64,000 nucleotides of DNA, from the NCBI GenBank assembly GCA_963770645.1, contig CAVYQL010000002.1:146586-210585 (forward strand), in the 5' to 3' direction. Shown one piece after another: positions 58,193 to 64,000 of the stretch. The notes beneath the pieces were generated by a model. It saw only the letters and a program-made list of their open reading frames with translations. It was not told the DNA's origin and searched no databases. Each line of letters opens with the position of its first letter. Position 1 is the first letter of the stretch. The position numbers and the translations under genes are program-made. This stretch comes from an uncultured Acidimicrobiaceae bacterium (GTDB taxonomy: Bacteria > Actinomycetota > Acidimicrobiia > Acidimicrobiales > RAAP-2).

Positions 58193-59134
58193 TCAATGGG
58201 TCGGAACAGGTACAGGTGCCATGCGGCCGATTGGAGCGGAATGGAAGTCCACCGCGTTCCCGGTCAACTCCATGAACGCATCCTCGAGCGAGGCCCGCAC
58301 CGGGGTCAGCTCGTGCACCGTCATGGACGTCCGTGCGGCGAGCTCCCCGATGTCGGCGGCGCGCATGCCGCGCACGGTGATGGCGCCGTCGTCGTTGACG
58401 TTCGGGCGTGCACCGGCCTCGGAGAGCGCGCGGACGAAGCGTTGCGGGGTCGGCGTGACGATGCGGACAGAGTCACCTTGGCTACGGGCCGTGAACTCGT
58501 CAACGCTGGTCTCGGCGATCAACGTGCCCCGGCCGATGACGACGAGCCGCTGGGCCGTGAGCGCCATTTCGTTGATGAGATGGCTCGAGACGAGCACAGT
58601 GCGTCCTTGCGCGGCGAGGTCGCGCAACAGGTGGCGGATCCAACGGATGCCCTCGGGATCGAGACCGTTGACGGGCTCGTCGAACAACAGGACACCGGGA
58701 TCCCCCAGCAGGGCGCCGGCGACGCCCAAGCGCTGGCCCATCCCGAGTGAGAATTTGCCGGCGCGGCGGTCGGCGACAGAAGTGAGCCCCACGAGGTCGA
58801 GCACCTCGTCCACCCGCCGGCTGTCGATGTCGTTGGTCTGGGCCAGCCAGCGCAGATGGTTGCGGGCTGTCCGGCCGGGGTGAAACGCCTTCGCGTCGAG
58901 CAGCGCACCCACCTCGCGCAAGGGCCAGCGCAGCGCGGCAAAGGGCACTCCGTTGACCGTCGCCGATCCGGCGTCCGGCAGATCCAAGCCGACGATCATC
59001 CGCATGGTGGTTGACTTCCCCGATCCGTTCGGGCCGAGAAAGCCGGTCACGACCCCGGGTGTCACGGTGAAGCTGAGGTCGTCCACCGCCAGCGTCTTGC
59101 CATAGCGCTTTGTCAGTCCCTGCGTCGCGATCAT
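58193..59134 (-). CDS. ABC transporter ATP-binding protein
   Basis: GFLGPNGSGKSTTMRM Walker A, FSLGMGQRLGVA signature, LLFDEPVNGLDP Walker B. ATG 59134 preceded by AGGAG. Confidence 0.9.
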   Translation of the reverse strand: MIATQGLTKRYGKTLAVDDLSFTVTPGVVTGFLGPNGSGKSTTMRMIVGLDLPDAGSATVNGVPFAALRWPLREVGALLDAKAFHPGRTARNHLRWLAQTNDIDSRRVDEVLDLVGLTSVADRRAGKFSLGMGQRLGVAGALLGDPGVLLFDEPVNGLDPEGIRWIRHLLRDLAAQGRTVLVSSHLINEMALTAQRLVVIGRGTLIAETSVDEFTARSQGDSVRIVTPTPQRFVRALSEAGARPNVNDDGAITVRGMRAADIGELAARTSMTVHELTPVRASLEDAFMELTGNAVDFHSAPIGRMAPVPVPTH

Positions 59135-59317
59135 GGGCTCTCCTCTCAGGTCCACGTTCGGCTCTTGGACGTCCCTTCAGCATGAGTGGTCGGCGTCGCC
59201 GGCGAAATGCCGCTACCGGGCGTCTAATCCTGGTGCTAGCCCCCCTCTCGCGGGCGGTGCGAGGCCGGCGGGCCTGTGGGCGGCCGGCTCCGAGAACAGA
59301 GAGAAACGCTCGGTGGG

Positions 59318-61069
59318 TCAGCCGGCTCGCGCCGCCGGCGACCCGGGCCAGGACGGGTAGGACGGCGCGGCGTCGGGAGGCGAGGCGTAGCTCGTGACCG
59401 ATCCCGGCACCGAGAACATCGGGACCGGTCCGGACGGGACGACCCCAGCCTTGTAGCGCGTGCCGCCGCTGACGTAGCGCATCAGCCCCGTCCCGTTGAC
59501 GCCCTCCTCGTCGGGCCCCTTGGCCGTGGCGTCGTACCAAAGAAAGGTGTAGTCGGCGGGGGAGGAGTAGCTGGGCAGCGGTGGTGCGCCCTGGTCACCA
59601 TAGGCGTCCAGGGACGTGGTGGGCCCGCCGCCGGCCGGTGGCGCGCGGAAGAGCCCGGTCGTGAACGCGCTCGGGGTCAGATCGGCCCCTGCGAGCTGCA
59701 CACCCTCGAAGAACTGCTGGATCGGTGGGATGAGGGCCGACACCGCCAACGAGGCCGGTGTGGCTCTCGGGCCGTACCACCATTGGTAGAGGCGGTAGGC
59801 GTCACCGGCGGTGACCGGTACCGGAACGGCGAGGCTGGTCACCCCGAACGCGTGCGCCCACTCGGACTGGTCGTAGTAGCGCGCCAGCGTCGACGTGTCC
59901 GTGAGCGCAATACCGGTGATGATCCACTCCGGGTAATAGCCGATGCTGGCGCAGGCTCGGGTGAGGTAGATGGGCATGATCGGATCGCCTGCGAACACCA
60001 CGCTGGTGGCGCCGGAGCTCTTCAGCTTTTCCGCGAGGATCGCCGCCTGCGTGGGCAGGGTGGTCAGGTTCAGGTTGTAGGTGAGCGCGTTCAGTGAAGC
60101 CATGTTCACGTGTCCGGCCTTGAGACTCTTGGTCAGTGACGCAGTGAGTTCGGCGAAACCCGGCGACGGCGGCACCGACGTCTCACTGACCACGATGAAA
60201 GAACGCTTGCGTGTGTGCAGCGACGGATCCCCCGCCCAGATGGCGTCCTTGCCGTTCAGTTTGGCCACCACGTAGTCGACGGCTTCGGCGAGCGACGTGT
60301 CGGCCGCCGGCAGATTGGCCCACTGATACGGAGCGTTGAGCTTGATCTGGCCGTACAGGGACGAGTCGCCGCACCCCATGCACAGCACATGCAGGCGGGC
60401 CAACTCGTCCTCGTAGGCGGTCGTCTCGGCCGGTCCGCCTATAGAGGCGAATGCGTGGTCCTGCTGGGCCACTGTCACCGCGTCGGCGTGGGCGGCGACG
60501 GGATCACTATCTTGCCCAGTCGCCTGGAAGGGAATCAGGTTCACGTGACGGCCGTAGAGCTCGAAGATGTGGTTGAACATCTCGACGTAGGCCTGGATCG
60601 TCGCGAGAGCCTGGGCCGGCGTGCCGGCAGCGCTCTGGACCGCTGAGGTCAGCCCACCAGGTTCGGGCTGGTAGTCGACGAGGTTGATCGTGGAACCGCT
60701 GACGCCAGCGGCAGTCTCGCCTCCGTTGGCCGCCCGGGCCGAGGGAATGGGGACGCAGGGCGGTGCGTAGACGCTCGGGACCTTGAGCCGACCGGTCTTG
60801 TGGTCACACTCGGATCCCCAGTCGTAGTCCGCAGCCCTCCCCATCTTGGCCGCCGCTGCATACGTGAGCGGGACGCTCGACGAGGACGGCTGCGATGCCG
60901 CGCCCGTGCTCGGCACGGTGGATGTCGTGGTGCCCCGGTTTTCGCTGACCGTCGCCGAGACGCCCGCGGCGATCAGCGCCGCCACGATGAGTACCACCGG
61001 ACCGGCAATTCTGAACCTCGACACGCGCGGCCACGGCCGGACGTCGCGCGTCGGTTCGGTTTCGCTCAC
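59318..61069 (-). CDS. extracellular solute-binding protein, probably the ABC (Liv-type / Peripla_BP_6-like) substrate-binding component
   Basis: N-terminal TM/signal anchor (IAGPVVLIVAALIAAGVSA) followed by a Ser/Thr-rich linker. Large alpha/beta-like body. GTGA overlap with the upstream LivF/LivG-containing gene. Family call is tentative. Confidence 0.55.
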   Translation of the reverse strand: MSETEPTRDVRPWPRVSRFRIAGPVVLIVAALIAAGVSATVSENRGTTTSTVPSTGAASQPSSSSVPLTYAAAAKMGRAADYDWGSECDHKTGRLKVPSVYAPPCVPIPSARAANGGETAAGVSGSTINLVDYQPEPGGLTSAVQSAAGTPAQALATIQAYVEMFNHIFELYGRHVNLIPFQATGQDSDPVAAHADAVTVAQQDHAFASIGGPAETTAYEDELARLHVLCMGCGDSSLYGQIKLNAPYQWANLPAADTSLAEAVDYVVAKLNGKDAIWAGDPSLHTRKRSFIVVSETSVPPSPGFAELTASLTKSLKAGHVNMASLNALTYNLNLTTLPTQAAILAEKLKSSGATSVVFAGDPIMPIYLTRACASIGYYPEWIITGIALTDTSTLARYYDQSEWAHAFGVTSLAVPVPVTAGDAYRLYQWWYGPRATPASLAVSALIPPIQQFFEGVQLAGADLTPSAFTTGLFRAPPAGGGPTTSLDAYGDQGAPPLPSYSSPADYTFLWYDATAKGPDEEGVNGTGLMRYVSGGTRYKAGVVPSGPVPMFSVPGSVTSYASPPDAAPSYPSWPGSPAARAG

Positions 61070-64000
61070 GCGGGGTCGACCTCCGCGGGTGTGGCCGACG
61101 GTGCGGACACGACACCGGGGCCAGCCGGTCCCGAGCGGGAGAGGGCAAGGGGATCGGAGCCGAGGAAGGACTCTCCGACCTCACGGGAGCCGAGCACGGC
61201 CCGTGGATCGCCGCTGGTGAGCACGGTGCCGCGATCCATCGCCACAAGACGATCGGCGAGTTCGGCAATGAACGCAATGTCGTGCTCGACGACGAGCATG
61301 GTCGCGTCCAGCCGCCTCCGCACGTTGTGCAAGAGACTCACCATGGCCTCGACCTCGCGCTGGGCGATACCGGACGAGGGCTCGTCGAGCAGGATCACCG
61401 ACGGTTGGATCGCAACGACGGCCGCCAGGTCGACCAGCCGTCGGGATCCGGTCGACAGCTCGCTGACCAGGCTGTCGGCGAAGCGCTCCAGCCCGAAGAG
61501 CTCCATCAGCTCCTCAACCCGGTGCATTACCGCCGCCTCGGTGCGGACTTGCATCGGGAGCCGCAAGATGGCGTTGAACGGGTCCCCGACATCGGTGAAG
61601 CGCTCCAATGACACGGCCAGTGCCTCCCGCACCGTCAACGCAGAGAAGAGGCGCGAGTCCTGGAACGACCGGCCGAGCCCGAGCCGCGCGCGCGTCGAGG
61701 CCGAGCGGTCGGTGACGTCGACGCCGGCCATCCGGACCCAACCCGAGTCAGGACGGAGGAAGCCCGAGACCACGTCGAAGAGTGTCGTCTTCCCGGCGCC
61801 GTTGGGCCCGATGATGCCGACGATCTCCCCGTGACCGGCATGGAGGGAGACGTCATAGAGCGCGGCGTTGCCCCCGAACGTCACCGAGACGCCTCCCACT
61901 TCGAGCTCGGTTCGGCTGCTGCTCGCCGCAGGGCCCGTCGGTCCGTCCCCGCCACCGGCGCCCATGGACTCGGAGGCCTTTTGCAGGTAGATCGACCACA
62001 ACAGCTCGGGATGCGACGCGAGGTCGCCGGCGCTGCCCGAGAACCTGACGACGCCGGTCTCCATGACATACACCCGGTCCGCCACCGCGACGGCGACGTT
62101 CATCGACTGCTCGACGAGCAAGATCGCCGTCCCCGCCCGCCGCATGGCTTCGATGGCGCCCAGCAGCTGCTCGACCACGATCGGTGACAGTCCCAACGAG
62201 AGCTCATCGATGAGGAACAACTTGGGACGGGTGATGGTCGCCATGGCGAGGGCAAGCATCTGTTGTTGTCCCCCGGACAGGTTGCCTGCCCGCTCGCTGC
62301 GGCGCGAGGCCAGGGTCGGAAAGGCAGCGAGCGCTTCGGCGATCATGTCCTCGTCACGCTCGCCACGACGGCGGCCCTGCCAGGCGGCGGCGCGGAGGTT
62401 CTCCTCGACACGCAAGTTGGGGAAGATGCCCTCCCCTCCCGGCACCTGCGCAACGCCGAGGCGCGCGATCTCGTCTGGAGGGAGGTGCGTGATGTCACGC
62501 CCGTCGAAGACGACGGCGCCGTGATCTGCCTCAACGACCCCACCGATCGCTCGCAACAAGGTGGACTTGCCGGCGCCGTTGGTGCCGAGGAGGGCGACGA
62601 TCTCGCCCTCGGCGACCTCGATGGCCACGTCACCGAGCACTTCGACACCGTCATAGCCGACGCGAAGGTCTCGGACAGCGAGCAGGGGAAGACGTCCCGC
62701 CTGACGGTCCAGGAGCATCTGGGAGCGGGTGTGCATGGAGGTCCACACATCGCGGACGTCTTGCGCGATCAGCCCTCCCGCGCTGGCCACGATCAGCCCT
62801 CCAATCGTGAAGATGGGGACAAGGATGAGGAGCCCGTAGCGGAAGCCCAACGCGTCACCCAGCGCGCCGACGATAGGAAGGACCAAGAATCCGGGGAGCA
62901 CGAAGAGCGCGCCGATGGAGAAGCCGACGGAGCGCACGCGCGAAGGGATGGCGAGGGACAACGACGCGAGGACCCCAGGGCCCACGATGGCGAGTGAGGC
63001 GTCGATGCCCGCATTGCCGATGAAGGCGACGGGCACGGAGGGCGCCAGCGCGAACAGGACTGCGAACCCGCCGGCCGCCACGGACGCGATTGCGAGCATG
63101 CGAAACACCAGGCCGACGTCGCGGGCGGCCAGCCGGGTGGCAATGAGAGCTCCAGCGGCGAGGCCCAGGAGGTCGAAGACCTGGATCGGGGCAATGAGGT
63201 AGGCACGCTCGAGGGCGTCGAGGTGGAACGTCTCCTGATACTGCAGTGACGCGAGGGAGGTGAAGCCCGCAATCGACGCCGCCAGGAACGGCAGTGCGTA
63301 GAAGATTCTGCGGAGCACTCCGATCTTCCAGACCGTCCGCCATGCTTCGCCGAGGGACGGCGGCGTTTCGACGGGCGCCTCGAGGCCTGTCGCCGCAGCC
63401 GCTGTGGGCGCCGCCGGGGCGTCGGCCAGAGGGACCGGCTCGCCCCGCTCGGAGGCGATCATCTGCTCCGTCAGCTCGAGCTGCTCGTGGCGTCCGCGTG
63501 GAGGCTCGTGGAGACGAAGCCCGACGATGACCACCACCGCGATGGGGATGGGGAAGAAGTAGAAAGGCGCACGCCAGGACCAGATGGCGGCGAGCCCCGC
63601 CCCGAGCAAGACGCCGATGATCGCGCCGAGGCTGATCCCAGACCGGTGTGCCGAATAGATGCGAGGCCGGGCCGGCACCGAGTAGTAGTCAGCCAACAGT
63701 GAGTTATGGGTGGGAAAGATGACCGCTTGGCCCATGGAGACGCCCGCCAACATGACCGCCGCCACCACGATCGTCGGGGCGGCCCCGAGGCCGATGGAGA
63801 ACGCCGCGCCCACGATGGCGCCGATCAGCGCAATGCGCACCCGGTTGGTGCGGTCGGCCAAGACCGCGACGGGCAGGGTGAATGCGAGCGCGGCCGCCCC
63901 GGCGATCGCCACGATGAGCAGGATCCCGGCATTGGTCAGATGGAACGCATCGCGCACATTCGGTATGAGCACGTTGAAGGCGCTCTGCGTGGCCTGGTCG
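61066..64000 (-). CDS. MFS-domain / LivF-like ATPase / LivG-like ATPase fusion protein (5' end beyond the window)
   Basis: A single uninterrupted frame to the window edge. MFS part (LADRTNRVRIALIG..., 10+ TM). First NBD GEIVALLGTNGAGKSTLL...LSGGQQQMLA...FLIDELSLGLSP (LivF-like). Second NBD GEIVGIIGPNGAGKTTLF...LSTGSRRLVDLA...ILLDEPSSG (LivG-like). Confidence 0.7.
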   Translation of the reverse strand, partial: DQATQSAFNVLIPNVRDAFHLTNAGILLIVAIAGAAALAFTLPVAVLADRTNRVRIALIGAIVGAAFSIGLGAAPTIVVAAVMLAGVSMGQAVIFPTHNSLLADYYSVPARPRIYSAHRSGISLGAIIGVLLGAGLAAIWSWRAPFYFFPIPIAVVVIVGLRLHEPPRGRHEQLELTEQMIASERGEPVPLADAPAAPTAAAATGLEAPVETPPSLGEAWRTVWKIGVLRRIFYALPFLAASIAGFTSLASLQYQETFHLDALERAYLIAPIQVFDLLGLAAGALIATRLAARDVGLVFRMLAIASVAAGGFAVLFALAPSVPVAFIGNAGIDASLAIVGPGVLASLSLAIPSRVRSVGFSIGALFVLPGFLVLPIVGALGDALGFRYGLLILVPIFTIGGLIVASAGGLIAQDVRDVWTSMHTRSQMLLDRQAGRLPLLAVRDLRVGYDGVEVLGDVAIEVAEGEIVALLGTNGAGKSTLLRAIGGVVEADHGAVVFDGRDITHLPPDEIARLGVAQVPGGEGIFPNLRVEENLRAAAWQGRRRGERDEDMIAEALAAFPTLASRRSERAGNLSGGQQQMLALAMATITRPKLFLIDELSLGLSPIVVEQLLGAIEAMRRAGTAILLVEQSMNVAVAVADRVYVMETGVVRFSGSAGDLASHPELLWSIYLQKASESMGAGGGDGPTGPAASSSRTELEVGGVSVTFGGNAALYDVSLHAGHGEIVGIIGPNGAGKTTLFDVVSGFLRPDSGWVRMAGVDVTDRSASTRARLGLGRSFQDSRLFSALTVREALAVSLERFTDVGDPFNAILRLPMQVRTEAAVMHRVEELMELFGLERFADSLVSELSTGSRRLVDLAAVVAIQPSVILLDEPSSGIAQREVEAMVSLLHNVRRRLDATMLVVEHDIAFIAELADRLVAMDRGTVLTSGDPRAVLGSREVGESFLGSDPLALSRSGPAGPGVVSAPSATPAEVDPA

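Noticed and set aside
59260-59317. GCCGGC...GCCGGC hairpin downstream of the solute-binding-protein gene as an intrinsic terminator
   Set aside because: The stem is only about 6 bp with a long loop and no U-tract. It cannot be distinguished from chance palindromes in GC-rich DNA.
60100-60116. GTTCACGTG inside the solute-binding-protein gene as a third parS
   Set aside because: Only a half-site-like match. The flanks do not fit TGTTTCACGTGAAACA, and it lies inside a coding region far from parAB.

Overview
High-GC, actinobacterial-type chromosomal origin region; the class (possibly Acidimicrobiia-like) is inference only. No rRNA, tRNA, CRISPR array, transposase or prophage genes were found. 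Gene order is the classic Actinomycetota core. Minus strand: gyrA-gyrB-DUF721(DciA-like)-recF-dnaN-[oriC]-dnaA. Plus strand: rpmH-rnpA-yidD-yidC-jag-rsmG-[2x parS]-parA-parB. Minus strand: cwlM-trxA-trxB-small membrane protein-degV-murJ-DUF6049-like. Further on come cca, ino1-padR, panB and rpsF-ssb-rpsR-rplI-dnaB. The second half (36-64 kb) is accessory. It holds two PPOX/F420-type enzymes, a five-gene mau-like thiol-redox/Tat cassette (37.0-41.3 kb), an amidohydrolase and a class II aldolase. It also holds a Ku-less PolDom-PHP-LigC repair module, PIG-L, MFS, SDR, Bcp, an orphan OmpR regulator, WS/DGAT and patatin. It ends with an ABC-2 exporter plus LuxR-type two-component system, and a solute-binding protein next to an unusual MFS-LivF-LivG fusion that runs off the window. 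The best candidate for an undescribed system is the mau-like cassette. Its cargo is a Tat-signal protein with a very Cys-rich domain resembling the methylamine dehydrogenase light chain (MauA), fused to about six 42-aa propeller-like repeats. MauE-like, MauD/TlpA-like and DsbD-like membrane redox proteins and one unknown protein sit beside it, with no mauB, mauG or amicyanin in the window. Three conserved genes (gyrA, recF, a sensor kinase) each carry a single frameshift at a short G/C homopolymer. This points to assembly indel errors, so other fine-scale calls (start codons, fusions) should be treated cautiously. Many long ORFs in the track are antisense or out-of-frame GC artefacts and were not called.
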